Shown: positions 38,512 to 48,724, counted from the stretch's first letter. The stretch is DNA of 64,000 bases from Planctomycetota bacterium (GCA_965248575.1 CBDFJQ010000002.1:2624001-2688000); one strand, 5' to 3'. Made by a program: numbers and translations. Notes: generated by a model not told the origin, from the sequence alone.

Positions 38512-39423
38512 ATGTCTGCGCCCCCGATTCAGCCCAGCGTCTTCCCCGTTCAGACACTGGCCCACTATCAGCTGCTCGACTCCGGCCACGGCGAGAAGCT
38601 GGAACGCCTGGGCCCCTATGTGCTGCGCCGCCCCGACCCCCAGGCTATGTGGGCGCCAGCGCTCCCGGAAGACCAATGGCGAGCGCGAGCCGACCTGGTG
38701 TTCGTGCGCGAATCCGATCGCGGGGGCCGCTGGGAGATGTCCGGCACGAGCTCGCCGCCCGAGAACTGGGAGATCGAGCACGAGGGCGCCCGCTTCCGGG
38801 TCCGGCCCACCCCCTTCAAGCACATCGGGCTTTTCCCGGAGCAGGCCACCAACTGGAACTGGACCGCGCAACGGGTGGCGGACCTGGCGACGACACGACC
38901 AGCTGCTGATCGGCCTCGCCTGTTGAACCTCTTCGCGTACACGGGGGCAGCCACGGTGCTGGCCTCCCGCGCGGGCGCCTTCGTCACGCACGTGGACAGC
39001 AGCAAGCCCGCCATGCGTTGGGCCCGCGACAACGCTGAGCTCTCCCAGCTCCCAGGCGACGCTGTGCGCTGGATCCAGGACGACGCCTTGGGGTTCGTGC
39101 GCCGTGAAGTGCGGCGCGGAAAACTCTACGACGGTATCTTGCTCGACCCGCCTCCTTACGGGCGCGGACCGGACGGCGAGAAGTGGCAGTTCGAGGAGGA
39201 GATCGTCGAACTCATGCAACTCCTCGGACAGTTGCTGAACCCTGGCCCGGCCTTCGTGTTGCTGTCCTGCTACGCGGTGGGCACCACTCCCTTGGCCTTC
39301 GCCAACATGTTGGGCGACCTGGGCCCGGGGCAGATCGAAGCCGGTGAGCTCGCCTTGGCACACAGCGAAAGCGAGCGGCTCTTGCCAGCAGGCCTGTGTG
39401 GCCGCTGGTGGAGAGCACCCTGA
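38512..39423 (+). CDS. Class I SAM-dependent methyltransferase (RlmI/RlmK-like)
   Basis: YQLLDSG.GEKLER, FKHIGLFPEQ, LLNLFAYTG, HVDSS and LDPP.YGRG. Confidence 0.8.
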   Translation: MSAPPIQPSVFPVQTLAHYQLLDSGHGEKLERLGPYVLRRPDPQAMWAPALPEDQWRARADLVFVRESDRGGRWEMSGTSSPPENWEIEHEGARFRVRPTPFKHIGLFPEQATNWNWTAQRVADLATTRPAADRPRLLNLFAYTGAATVLASRAGAFVTHVDSSKPAMRWARDNAELSQLPGDAVRWIQDDALGFVRREVRRGKLYDGILLDPPPYGRGPDGEKWQFEEEIVELMQLLGQLLNPGPAFVLLSCYAVGTTPLAFANMLGDLGPGQIEAGELALAHSESERLLPAGLCGRWWRAP

Positions 39424-39480
39424 TCCCTACGTACGCCCCGCACCCCTGACATCAGCTCCCCCCCGACCCGAGAACTGCTC

Positions 39481-41952
39481 ATGCTCAAGCTCGCCTTGCC
39501 GCTCCTCTTGTTGCTGTCGGCATCACCGTTCTTGGCACCAGCTTCGGCAGCTGTCACGGCAGCGAAAACAGTTGCGGGCGATGACGTCACCCCCGGCGTG
39601 GCCACACCCCCAGCCGTCATCGAGCAAATCATCGACTTGGGCATGAACCAGAGCCAGGTCATGCAGAGCCTCAAGGAACTCGTGGACGGCATCGGCGCCC
39701 GGCTAACGGGTTCGACGAACCTCACCGCCGCTGAAAACTGGGCTGCGGACGCCTTTCGGGAGCTGGGCCTCGAGGTGACCATCGAGCCCTGGGGCGAGGT
39801 TCCCGTGGGCTTCGACCGTGGGCCCTCCAGCGGCGCACTTGTGAGCCCGGAGCGGATCGAGTTGGAGTTCATGACCCGCTCCTGGTCAGCGGGAACCGAC
39901 GGCCCGCTGCGCGGCCCCGTGGTGCTCGCACCTCTTGACGAAGCGGGATTCGAAGGCCTCGCCGACAGCTTGCCGGGGGCCTGGGTCTTGAGCCCCTCCA
40001 ATTGGCCTCCCCGCCCACGTGGCGACGACGCTCCCGACGATCTGGGGGACGACCCCGACGCCCGGGCCGAGTGGGTGCGCTCTGCCATGGGGGACTACCA
40101 GGCGTTCACCGAAGCGCGCAGCGCGCTCTACGCGAGCGCTGGCATCGCCGGAGTTGTCCTGACCTCGCGGCTCGGCGAGCGGCTGCTCATGAGCGGCAAC
40201 CGGAACATCAGCTGGGACAAGCTGCCGACCAATGTGCGTGTCACTCTCATCGCTTCCCAGTTCGAAGAGCTGCGATCACGACTCGACGGAGGACAGGAGC
40301 TGGAGCTCGAGTTCGACATCGACAACCGCTTCGTCCAAGGGCCCGTGGTCCAGAACAACGTCTACGCGGATCTGATCGGCGAGATTCACCCGGAGCAGTA
40401 CGTGATCGTCGGCGGCCACCTCGACAGCTGGGACATCGCGCCGGGGGCCACGGACAACGGCACGGGAGTGACCACGACCATCGAGGCGGCGCGCCTGCTC
40501 GTGGAGTCCGGTGCGCACCCTGGGCGCACCATCCGCTTCATGCTCTGGGGCGGCGAAGAGCAAGGCCTGCTGGGCAGCCGCGCCTGGGCCAAAGAACACC
40601 AGGACCTGATGGACAGCATCTCCGCGGTGCTGGTGCACGACGGCGGCACGAACGCCCTCTCGGGCCTCAAGGTCACCCGCGCCATGACGGAACAGATGGA
40701 GCAGGCGCTGGCGTCGGTGCAGCGCTTCAGCCAGGAGCACCCGGACGCACAGCCCTTCGCCTTGGACCCCGTCCAGGGCTTGCCCAGCGGGGCCAGCGAC
40801 CACAACTCCTTCATCACCTACGGCGTGCCGGGCTTCTTCTGGAACCAGTCGGGGCGGGCTGACTACGACCACACCCACCACACGCAACACGACCACTACG
40901 ACGCCGCCATCCCCGAATACCAACGACACTCGGCCGTGGTGGTGGCTCTCTCGGCCTTGGGCATCGCCGACCTGCCCGAGATGCTGTCGCGCCGAGGGCT
41001 GACCCAGAAGCGTCGCACCCTCGGCGTGTTTCTGGACGGCAACTCCGTGAGCGGCGTCTCCTCTGGCAGCCAGGCGGAAGCCCTCGGCGTGCAGGCTGGC
41101 GACGTCTTCACCAGCGTCAACGGGGAGGCCCTCGACGAGTCGCGAGGCGCGCTCACCTCCGCGCGGGACCGGGGCGAAGGGCGCAAGCTCGTGGGCTGGC
41201 AGCGGGGCGAAGAGCGCATGAGTGGCGTCTTCGTCTGGGACGAAGGGAACATCGACCGCGACCCCGAAAAGCTGTTGGTCACGACCCTCGACGGCGAGTC
41301 CATCCACGCTGACTACTTCTTGGGCGCGGCCGACAAGCCGGCCTCGGGCAGCGTCGTGGTCCTGCTGCCCATGAATGGCGCCGACCGGCACAGCTGGTTG
41401 CCCGTGCGTGACGAGCTCTACGCGGCGGGGGTGGCCACCGTGGCCGTGGACATGCGCGGACATGGCGAGAGCGTCGGCGCGGACGGTGTGCTCGTGACCC
41501 GCCGTCGGGACCTCGACTTGTCGCTCTACGAGGGCATGGTTCACGATGTCTCGGCCGTCGTGAAGTGGCTCGAAGCGCGAGGCTACGAGGCCGAGCGCAT
41601 CGGCCTCATGGGCGCGAGCGTCGGCTGCAGCATCGCGCTGCGATCCGGCCTGGCGGACCCGCGTCTCGCGGGCGTCCTGACCCTCACGCCCGGCAAGAAG
41701 TACATGGGGCTCGACAGCCTGGCGGAAGTGACGGCCTGGGACGGGCGCCCCTTGGCGCTGGTCAGCAGTGAGGAGGAAGCGGACCGTGGTGCGCGCCCCC
41801 TGCACGAAGCGTTGTTGGGTGCCAACCCCTGGTCCCGGGCGCAACTCGTGTTGCTGGAGCAGACGGGCATCCACGGCACGCAAATGTTCGGCCCGGTTCC
41901 CGGGATCGAAGACTCGCTGGCCGCATGGTGGGCCGAGACCCTGAGCCGTTGA
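39481..41952 (+). CDS. Exported M28 metallopeptidase (carboxypeptidase Q-like) fused to PDZ and alpha/beta-hydrolase domains
   Basis: M28 motifs GGHLDSW, GATDNGTG, GEEQGLLGS, SDH and HHTQHD. PDZ-like LGVFLD..SQAEALGVQAGD. Hydrolase motifs DMRGHGES, GASVG and HGT. Confidence 0.85.
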   Translation: MLKLALPLLLLLSASPFLAPASAAVTAAKTVAGDDVTPGVATPPAVIEQIIDLGMNQSQVMQSLKELVDGIGARLTGSTNLTAAENWAADAFRELGLEVTIEPWGEVPVGFDRGPSSGALVSPERIELEFMTRSWSAGTDGPLRGPVVLAPLDEAGFEGLADSLPGAWVLSPSNWPPRPRGDDAPDDLGDDPDARAEWVRSAMGDYQAFTEARSALYASAGIAGVVLTSRLGERLLMSGNRNISWDKLPTNVRVTLIASQFEELRSRLDGGQELELEFDIDNRFVQGPVVQNNVYADLIGEIHPEQYVIVGGHLDSWDIAPGATDNGTGVTTTIEAARLLVESGAHPGRTIRFMLWGGEEQGLLGSRAWAKEHQDLMDSISAVLVHDGGTNALSGLKVTRAMTEQMEQALASVQRFSQEHPDAQPFALDPVQGLPSGASDHNSFITYGVPGFFWNQSGRADYDHTHHTQHDHYDAAIPEYQRHSAVVVALSALGIADLPEMLSRRGLTQKRRTLGVFLDGNSVSGVSSGSQAEALGVQAGDVFTSVNGEALDESRGALTSARDRGEGRKLVGWQRGEERMSGVFVWDEGNIDRDPEKLLVTTLDGESIHADYFLGAADKPASGSVVVLLPMNGADRHSWLPVRDELYAAGVATVAVDMRGHGESVGADGVLVTRRRDLDLSLYEGMVHDVSAVVKWLEARGYEAERIGLMGASVGCSIALRSGLADPRLAGVLTLTPGKKYMGLDSLAEVTAWDGRPLALVSSEEEADRGARPLHEALLGANPWSRAQLVLLEQTGIHGTQMFGPVPGIEDSLAAWWAETLSR

Positions 41953-41973
41953 GCGCACGACCCGAGCCACGCC

Positions 41974-43443
41974 ATGACTCTGGATGACGCCTTCGACCCG
42001 GAGGCCTTTCGCACTTTGGGCCACCGCATGGTGGACGCCCTCGCGGACCATCTCGGCGACTCTCAGGCGCGCGCTGTGCCAGTGCTTCCGGCCATCGACC
42101 CCGACGTCCTGCTCAGCCAATGGGACCGCCCCTTCAGGGAGCAACCCGCCAGCACGGAGTCCGCGAGCGACACCCTGGGCGAGCTGCTCCAGCAACTGCT
42201 GCGACACAGCACACGGCTGCACCACCCCGGTTATGTGGGGCACCAGGTCTCGGTGCCCGTGCCCGCCGCCGCCCTCTTCGAGCTGACGAACGCCCTGCTC
42301 AACAACGGCATGGCGGTCTACGAGATGGGCCAGCTGCAGAGCGTCATGGAGCGGCGGGTGCTCGACTTCCTGGGCGCCACCCTAGGCTTCAACCAAGAGG
42401 CCGGAGGTGTGCTGACCCACGGCGGTTCCGTGGGCAACTTCACGGCCCTGCTTGCGGCACGACAGGCCACGGCTGAACACGACGTGTGGACGCTCGGTCA
42501 ACGGGAGTCCCTCTCGGTGTTGGTCTCGGACCAGGCCCATTACTGCATCGCCCGCTCCGTGCAAGCCATGGGTTGGGGTTCGGCCGGCGCGTGGAAGGTC
42601 CCCACCGACGGGGCCTTTCGCATGGACACCGGTGCCCTCGGTGACGCCCTCGCCGCAGCCCGCAAGGCGGGCCGACGTGTCATCGCGGTGGTGGCCAGCG
42701 CCTGTTCCACCGCCACGGGCAGCTTCGACAACATCGCCGAGATCGCGGACTTCTGCGCAGAGCACGACCTTTGGTTGCACGTGGACGGCGCCCACGGTGC
42801 GTCCTTCGCCCTCAGCCAGAAGCACCGAGCGCGTTTGGCAGGCGTTGAGCGCGCCGACTCCGTGGTCTGGGACCTGCACAAGATGATGGGCATGCCGGCC
42901 CTCAGCACCGCCGTCTTGTTCCGCCAGCGACGACACGCGCAGGAGTCCTTCGCCCAAGAGGCCACCTACCTCTTTGAGGACAGCGACCCGGAAGAGCAGT
43001 GGTTCAACATGGGGCGCCGCAGCATGGAGTGCACCAAGCGCGCCATGGGCGCGACGGCCTACTGCATGCTCCAAGCCATGGGGACCGCTTGGTTCGGGCA
43101 ACAGATCGACACGCTCATGGAGCGCACAGAGCAGCTGGCAGCGATGCTCCGTGAGGCAGACGACTTCGAACTGGCCCACGAGCCCGAAGCCAACATCCTC
43201 TGCTTCCGACATCTGCCGCCGGGAGAGGGTCGTGGCCTCGACCAGTCCCAGAACCTGGCTCTCGACCGGCACCAAGAACATCTGCGTCAAAGGGTGATCG
43301 ACTCGGGCCAGTACTACATCGTGCAGGCGGGGCTACGCGGCTCGACCTGGTTGCGCGTCACCCTCATGAACCCCCTCACGACCTCCCTCGACCTGAAACA
43401 ACTGCTCGCGTCGCTGCGAGATGTTGCAGCCCAAGAGGCCTAA
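41974..43443 (+). CDS. Group II PLP-dependent amino acid decarboxylase (diaminobutyrate/aromatic decarboxylase-like)
   Basis: HHPGYVGHQ, GGSVGN, AHY, TATGSFD, HVDGAHG and WDLHK (PLP lysine). Confidence 0.9.
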   Translation: MTLDDAFDPEAFRTLGHRMVDALADHLGDSQARAVPVLPAIDPDVLLSQWDRPFREQPASTESASDTLGELLQQLLRHSTRLHHPGYVGHQVSVPVPAAALFELTNALLNNGMAVYEMGQLQSVMERRVLDFLGATLGFNQEAGGVLTHGGSVGNFTALLAARQATAEHDVWTLGQRESLSVLVSDQAHYCIARSVQAMGWGSAGAWKVPTDGAFRMDTGALGDALAAARKAGRRVIAVVASACSTATGSFDNIAEIADFCAEHDLWLHVDGAHGASFALSQKHRARLAGVERADSVVWDLHKMMGMPALSTAVLFRQRRHAQESFAQEATYLFEDSDPEEQWFNMGRRSMECTKRAMGATAYCMLQAMGTAWFGQQIDTLMERTEQLAAMLREADDFELAHEPEANILCFRHLPPGEGRGLDQSQNLALDRHQEHLRQRVIDSGQYYIVQAGLRGSTWLRVTLMNPLTTSLDLKQLLASLRDVAAQEA

Positions 43444-43504
43444 GATCAGCGCGGCTACTCGCGCCCCCAACACCCCCCGCGCCCATCATCAGGAGCAGTC
43501 CCCC

Positions 43505-46500
43505 ATGCCCCGTCTCCCGGCATTTCCTGTGGTCCTTCTCGTTCTCGCGCTCGGCCCGGCTTGTCAGAGCCCCGCTGCCGATGCCTCGGCTGGCGCGCAC
43601 GATTCAGCCGCGCACGATTCAGCCGCGCCCCAAGCGAGCAGCGCTCCAGAGGGCGCACGGGTCGACGCCGTCGCGGCCGGCGCAGAGAGCGGGGTGCAGC
43701 AGCTGTTCGTGGTGCCCGATGGCCTGAATGTCACGCTCTGGGCGGAGTCGCCGCTGTTCTACAACCCCACTGCCCTGGACGTGGATGACGAGGGGCGACT
43801 CTGGGTGGCCGAAGCGGTGAACTACCGCAAGTGGGATGGTCGCAACCCGGGTCGGGACCACCCCGAAGGCGATCGCATCGTGGTGCTGGAGGACCGCGAT
43901 GGCGACGGGCGTGCCGAGACCTCCACCGTCTTCGCACAAGACAAAGACCTCGTGGCACCTCTGGGCGTGGCCGTCGTGGGAGATGCCGTCTACGTCTCCT
44001 GCTCGCCGCACCTCTTCGTCTACCGCGACACCGACGGGGACATGAAGGCCGACGAACGGGAGACGTTGCTCACGGGCTTCGGCGGCTTTGATCACGACCA
44101 CGGCCTGCACTCCCTAATCGCCGGGCCGGACGGGCGCTACACCTTTGCCGTGGGCAATGCGGGCCCCCATCAAGTCATGCAGGCCGGCGCCCCTTCGCCA
44201 AGCGATGCCACGAACACGACCTGGACGCTCAACTCCGGCAGCCACTACCGGGGCGGCGGCCCCGAGCTGGCGGACAACCACCCTGGACTCGTGAGCGCCG
44301 ACGGCAAGGTCTGGACAGGCGGCCTGATCGTGCGCAGCGAGGCGGACGGCAGCGAGCTGCAGGTCCTGGCGCACAACTTCCGCAACAACTACGAAGTGAC
44401 CGTAGATGCCTTCGGCAACCTCTGGCAGAGCGACAACGACGACGACGGCAATGCCAGCTGCCGCACCCTGTGGTGCATGGAAGGCGGCAACCACGGCTAC
44501 TTCTCGCCGGAGGGTCGACGCTCGTGGCAGGCAGACCGCCGGCCCGAGCAAGCCATCCCCCGCGCCCATTGGCACCAGGACGACCCGGGCGTGGTGCCAA
44601 TGGGCACCATCAACGGGGGCGGCGGCCCCACGGGCGTGTGCATGTATGAAGGCCAGCTGCTCAGCCCATGGATCGACGGCGCGGTGCTCAACGCCGACGC
44701 CGGCGCCGGGGTGGTCTACGCCCATCGGCCGCAGGCTGACGGGGCAGGCTTCCAACTGGAGAAGCAGGACCTGATCCGCGCCGCTCCCGGCCAGGACGGG
44801 ACGCGCGCCAAGTGGTTCCGCCCCAGCGATGTGGTGGTGGGCACGGACGGCAGCGTCTTCGTCGCGGATTGGTTCGACCCCGGAGTCGGGGGCCACGGCA
44901 TGGGCGATCGCGAAGCCTATGGCCGCATCCTGCGCATTGCCCCCGCCGCCGAAGCACGTCGCGTGCGCACGCTGGAACCACTCGACAGCATCGACGCCCA
45001 GCTGCGCGCCCTGGCCAACCCAGCCGTGCATCGCCGGGAGGCAGGCCGGGCAGCGCTCGCGGCTGGCGGCACCCCGGCGCGGGACGCCCTGCGTACCTGC
45101 TTCTTGAAGAGCGAGGACGATCGACTCCGGGCCCGCTGCCTGTGGCTGCTGCTGGGCCCGGCCTTCGTGGACACGGACACGCTCCCGGCCGCTCTCAACG
45201 ATCCGAACCCGGAGCTGCGCATCACCGCCCTGCGCGCCTGGTCCCAGAACAGCGGCGATCGCCTCACGCCCGAGTTCGTGCGCCAGCACAGCCTGGCCCG
45301 GGACCCGTCCCCCGCCGTGCGCCGCGAGCTGGCCCTGCGGCTACGGGATGTGGACGAGCTCGACCTGCTCTTGCTCGTGGAACTGGCGGGTACACTCCAG
45401 GTGGGCGACCGGACAGCACTCGAGGCCTTTGGTCTCGCTGCAGACCCCTGGGCCAGCGAGCTCATGAGGGTCCTCAAGCCGGGCGGCACTCCCGAACAGT
45501 GGAGCGACCACCTGGCGCAGCTCGCCTGGCGCCTGCACCCGGCGGAACTCACCGACGCCTGGCGCACTCGCGCGTTGTCCACGAAGCTCAGCGAGGAGGC
45601 ACGGCTGCAGGCTCTCGATGCCCTGGCCTTCACGCCGGGCCCCGAAGCGGGTCAGACGATGTTGGACCTCGCGTTGCAACTTCCGGCCGGCAGCTTGGGT
45701 GAACGGGCCCGCTGGTGGCTGCGCCACCATGACACCAACGCCTGGCAAGACCTCGCCCTGCTGGACGCCCTGGGTGGTCGCGAGCTGGAGGACGCCGAGT
45801 TGCTGCACGACACGGGCACCCTGCGCGCTGGGCTGCACGAGCTCGACGTCGCCTTGCACGGCGCGCAGACCCTGTGGCTGGAGCTCACGGATGGCGGCGA
45901 CGGCAACGGCTGCGATTGGGGCGCCTGGGTCGAACCGCGCGTGCAGTTCGAGGACGGGCAAGTGTTGATGCTGAACGAGGCTCCCTGGGCCAGCGCGGAG
46001 GCGGCCTGGGGTTCCGTGCGCCGCAACACCAACTGCGTGGGCGGCCCCCTGCGCGTGGGCGATCAGACCTATCAGGCAGGCATCGGCAGTCACGCCAACT
46101 CACTCATCGAGTTCAACCTCCCCGAGGGGGCCACGCGCTTCCTGGCGAGCGTCGGCCCAGACGCCCAAGGCACGTCGCAGAATGCTGGCCGCAACACGAG
46201 CCTGAACTTCCGCGTGCACGCCAACACCACGCGCCAGGCCGAGTGGTTTGCCGCGCGACGGGCCCTGCTGCTCGACACGCAGCTCGACGCCACAAGCGAC
46301 GACGCAGAAGATCAACGGGAAGCAGCGGCGCTGGAGTTGGCAGCCGACACCATGGGGGCACTCATGCTCCTGGAGCTGGCGGGCCAGGGCCAGCTCTCCG
46401 ACGACCTACGGGAGCTGCTGGGGGAAGTGCTTTTCGCACACCCGAACCTCGCGATCCGCGCCCTGGCGTCGGAACACTTCCAGCGCCCTGGCGAAGAAGC

Positions 46501-47551
46501 CAAGCGCTTCCCGCCCGTGGCCGAACTGCTGGCCCTGGACGGTGATGCGGCCCGCGGTCGAGCCATCTTCCTGGACGAGGCGCGCAGCGGTTGTCTGCGC
46601 TGCCATCGCTACACCCTGGCCGGGGCCACACGCGGCGGCAACGTCGGTCCGGAGCTCAGCACCCAACACGAGAAGCAGGGCGCAGACCAGATCCTGGACG
46701 CCATCCTGAACCCCAGCGCCGCCATCGCCTATGGCTACGACGCGTGGTTGCTGACCCTTGCGGATGGCCGGATCCTGAGCGGCTTCCTGCGCGCCGACGA
46801 CCGCACGCTGATCCTGGAAGACACCAACGGCGTGCGCCATGCCATCCCGGCCGAAGAGGTGGTGGAGCGCCGCCTGCAGAAGCTGTCGGTCATGCCCGAC
46901 GGCATCGCCACCGGCCTCTCACCCCAGGAGCTGCGCGACCTGGTGGCCTTCCTGGCCGAACCGCCCCTGCCGACCTTCACGCGCGGTGAGACCCTGCCGC
47001 TCTTTGACGGCCACAGCTTCGAAGGTTGGCACGCGGTGGGCGACATCGCCGCCTGGCGTGCGGAAGACGGCGTGCTGAGTTGTGACGGCAACCCGGTGGG
47101 CTACTTGCGCACCGAGGCGCTCTACACTCACTTCGAGCTCGATCTCGATTGGCGCTTCGACCCTGCCAAGGGTGCGGGCAACTCAGGCGTGCTGCTGCGG
47201 GTCAACGGCCCCGACAGCGTCTGGCCCCGTTCGGTGGAAGCCCAGCTCAACTCGGGCGACGCCGGGGACATCTGGAACATCGGCGAGTTCGTCCTGAGCA
47301 CTGACCCCGGGCGCACCAGCGGCCGCCGCACCGTGAAGCAACAACCCTCCGCCGAGTACCCCCTAGGACAGTGGAACAGCTACCGCATCCGAGTGGCCGG
47401 TCCGCTGATCCAGCTCTGGGTCAACGGCACCCTCATGAACACCGGCAGCTGGGCCGAGGAGACGCCGGGCCACATCGCGCTGCAGTCGGAAGGCGCGGCC
47501 ATCGAGTTCCGAAACGTGCGGCTGACGCAGCTGGTGCCGGAGCAGGGCTGA
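43505..47551 (+). CDS. PVC-type dehydrogenase-like propeller, HEAT repeats, NPCBM, cytochrome c and DUF1080 multidomain lipoprotein
   Basis: Lipobox LGPAC. GRLWVAE, DRIVVLED.DGDG, HNFRN.YE and FRPSD. NPCBM-like GDGNGCD and GIGSHA. Heme motif CLRCH with GPELS and SVMP. DUF1080 motifs LFDG..FEGW, GNSGV, WN.YRI and GHIALQSEG. Confidence 0.85.
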   Translation: MPRLPAFPVVLLVLALGPACQSPAADASAGAHDSAAHDSAAPQASSAPEGARVDAVAAGAESGVQQLFVVPDGLNVTLWAESPLFYNPTALDVDDEGRLWVAEAVNYRKWDGRNPGRDHPEGDRIVVLEDRDGDGRAETSTVFAQDKDLVAPLGVAVVGDAVYVSCSPHLFVYRDTDGDMKADERETLLTGFGGFDHDHGLHSLIAGPDGRYTFAVGNAGPHQVMQAGAPSPSDATNTTWTLNSGSHYRGGGPELADNHPGLVSADGKVWTGGLIVRSEADGSELQVLAHNFRNNYEVTVDAFGNLWQSDNDDDGNASCRTLWCMEGGNHGYFSPEGRRSWQADRRPEQAIPRAHWHQDDPGVVPMGTINGGGGPTGVCMYEGQLLSPWIDGAVLNADAGAGVVYAHRPQADGAGFQLEKQDLIRAAPGQDGTRAKWFRPSDVVVGTDGSVFVADWFDPGVGGHGMGDREAYGRILRIAPAAEARRVRTLEPLDSIDAQLRALANPAVHRREAGRAALAAGGTPARDALRTCFLKSEDDRLRARCLWLLLGPAFVDTDTLPAALNDPNPELRITALRAWSQNSGDRLTPEFVRQHSLARDPSPAVRRELALRLRDVDELDLLLLVELAGTLQVGDRTALEAFGLAADPWASELMRVLKPGGTPEQWSDHLAQLAWRLHPAELTDAWRTRALSTKLSEEARLQALDALAFTPGPEAGQTMLDLALQLPAGSLGERARWWLRHHDTNAWQDLALLDALGGRELEDAELLHDTGTLRAGLHELDVALHGAQTLWLELTDGGDGNGCDWGAWVEPRVQFEDGQVLMLNEAPWASAEAAWGSVRRNTNCVGGPLRVGDQTYQAGIGSHANSLIEFNLPEGATRFLASVGPDAQGTSQNAGRNTSLNFRVHANTTRQAEWFAARRALLLDTQLDATSDDAEDQREAAALELAADTMGALMLLELAGQGQLSDDLRELLGEVLFAHPNLAIRALASEHFQRPGEEAKRFPPVAELLALDGDAARGRAIFLDEARSGCLRCHRYTLAGATRGGNVGPELSTQHEKQGADQILDAILNPSAAIAYGYDAWLLTLADGRILSGFLRADDRTLILEDTNGVRHAIPAEEVVERRLQKLSVMPDGIATGLSPQELRDLVAFLAEPPLPTFTRGETLPLFDGHSFEGWHAVGDIAAWRAEDGVLSCDGNPVGYLRTEALYTHFELDLDWRFDPAKGAGNSGVLLRVNGPDSVWPRSVEAQLNSGDAGDIWNIGEFVLSTDPGRTSGRRTVKQQPSAEYPLGQWNSYRIRVAGPLIQLWVNGTLMNTGSWAEETPGHIALQSEGAAIEFRNVRLTQLVPEQG
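43594..43628 (+). repeat. In-frame 15-bp tandem duplication (AHDSA x2) in the lipoprotein linker
   Basis: CGCGCACGATTCAGC occurs twice, followed by a partial CGCGC. Confidence 0.9.
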
Positions 47552-47637
47552 GGCGGGCGAAGGGCGCCTCATGTGGTCCCAAGGCGGCTGACGCGGGGCG
47601 GGGCCGGGGGCTCGATCCGAGCCTGAGAGCCCGAAAA

Positions 47638-47714
47638 TGGTAGCGGAGGAGGGATTCGAACCCCCGACACGCGGATTATGATTCCGCTGCTCTAACCAAC
47701 TGAGCTACTCCGCC
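47638..47714 (-). tRNA. tRNA-Met (CAT), probably elongator
   Basis: Reverse complement GGCGGAGTAGCTCAGTTGGTTAGAGCAGCGGAATCATAATCCGCGTGTCGGGGGTTCGAATCCCTCCTCCGCTACCA forms a cloverleaf with encoded CCA. Position 1:72 is paired and there is no GGG/CCC anticodon-stem signature, so it is not the initiator. Confidence 0.93.
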
Positions 47715-47756
47715 ACAGGTGCTCGGGCAGTGCCCGCCGCAGCCGTTGGGCGCGGG

Positions 47757-47786
47757 AGGATATCGGAGCTGGGCCGCCCCCATCAA
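47757..47786 (-). promoter_or_regulatory. Putative sigma70 promoter of tRNA-Met
   Basis: Minus-strand TTGATG, 18-nt spacer, TATCCT, then a GC-rich discriminator (CCCGCGCCC), about 40 nt upstream of the tRNA. Confidence 0.5.
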
Positions 47787-48158
47787 GGGAACCGGGCAGG
47801 GACTTGGCCAGGAATCCGGGAGATCTCCAGATTCTGCGTGACCAAAGAAAACTGAAGACTAACTCGATTGTCAGCGCACCCTCACTGCATATGCGTCGTT
47901 TATGAGCTAGGATGGTCGCTGACCGGAACGGTTGTGGCCCTTATGCGTTTGCTTCGTGCTGCCCGGCGCCAGCAACGCGGCCAAGACCATCCGTTCGAAA
48001 AAGAGTGTCGTTCAGCCTTGGTTGCTGCGTAACGCGCGTAAAACCTCCTCCCCCCCTTCTTTCCCGAAAATCCTTGGCTGGATGGCTTTTTCTCGGGCCC
48101 CCGAAGACCCCGAGAACCCTGCCGGCGCCTCAACAGGCCTCGGCTGCCAGACCCCCTG

Positions 48159-48677
48159 CTAACGCCGGGCGAGCATCTGGTTCTGGGCATGGCGCTGGAG
48201 AGTCGCCACGGCCACACCCAATGCATCCGTCGCGTCGTAGCGCCCCTGCTTGCCATGGGTCTCAGCCTGCTCCGTGGCCCGGTAGCCCAGCAGCGCCCCC
48301 ACCATGTGGGCCACCTGGTCCTTGGTGGCTGAGCCCCGGCCGGTCACGGCCTTCTTCACCTCGGAGGGTGCGAGCTCCACGAAGGGCAGCTTGAGGCAAC
48401 CGATGGCTGCCAGTAACGCGCCGCGGGCCTGGCCGAGAGTCACCAGGGAGCGGGTGTTGGGTCCGTGGAAGACACTCTCGACCCCGATCAGCTGCGGCGT
48501 GCGCAGCTGCAGCACCGTGGTGAGCTCGCCGTGCAGGTAGGCGAGGCGCGTCTGCAGGGGGTCCGTAGCGCCCGGAACGATCACGCCCATATCCATCAGG
48601 ACGTACATCGAGCCCTCCTGGCGCACCAGGCCCCAACCTGTCCGACGAGAACCCGGGTCGATCCCAAGGGCGATCAT
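48159..48677 (-). CDS. ruvC: Holliday junction resolvase RuvC
   Basis: LGIDPG, GVESVF, LGQARG, VKKAVTG.G.A.K.QV and DATDAL. Confidence 0.95.
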   Translation of the reverse strand: MIALGIDPGSRRTGWGLVRQEGSMYVLMDMGVIVPGATDPLQTRLAYLHGELTTVLQLRTPQLIGVESVFHGPNTRSLVTLGQARGALLAAIGCLKLPFVELAPSEVKKAVTGRGSATKDQVAHMVGALLGYRATEQAETHGKQGRYDATDALGVAVATLQRHAQNQMLARR

Positions 48678-48724
48678 GGGATCATGGTAACCATGCGTGC
48701 CCGCACATCTGAGGACCCGATGTC

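Noticed and set aside
47638..47714. tRNA-CAT as initiator fMet or lysidine-modified Ile2
   Set aside because: Initiator hallmarks are absent. The sequence resembles elongator Met more than Ile2, although a covariance-model classifier would be needed to exclude Ile2.
47850..47880. dif-like site (minus strand begins GGTGCGC)
   Set aside because: Only the first 7 nt match the XerC arm. The XerD arm (TTATGTTAAAT) is absent.
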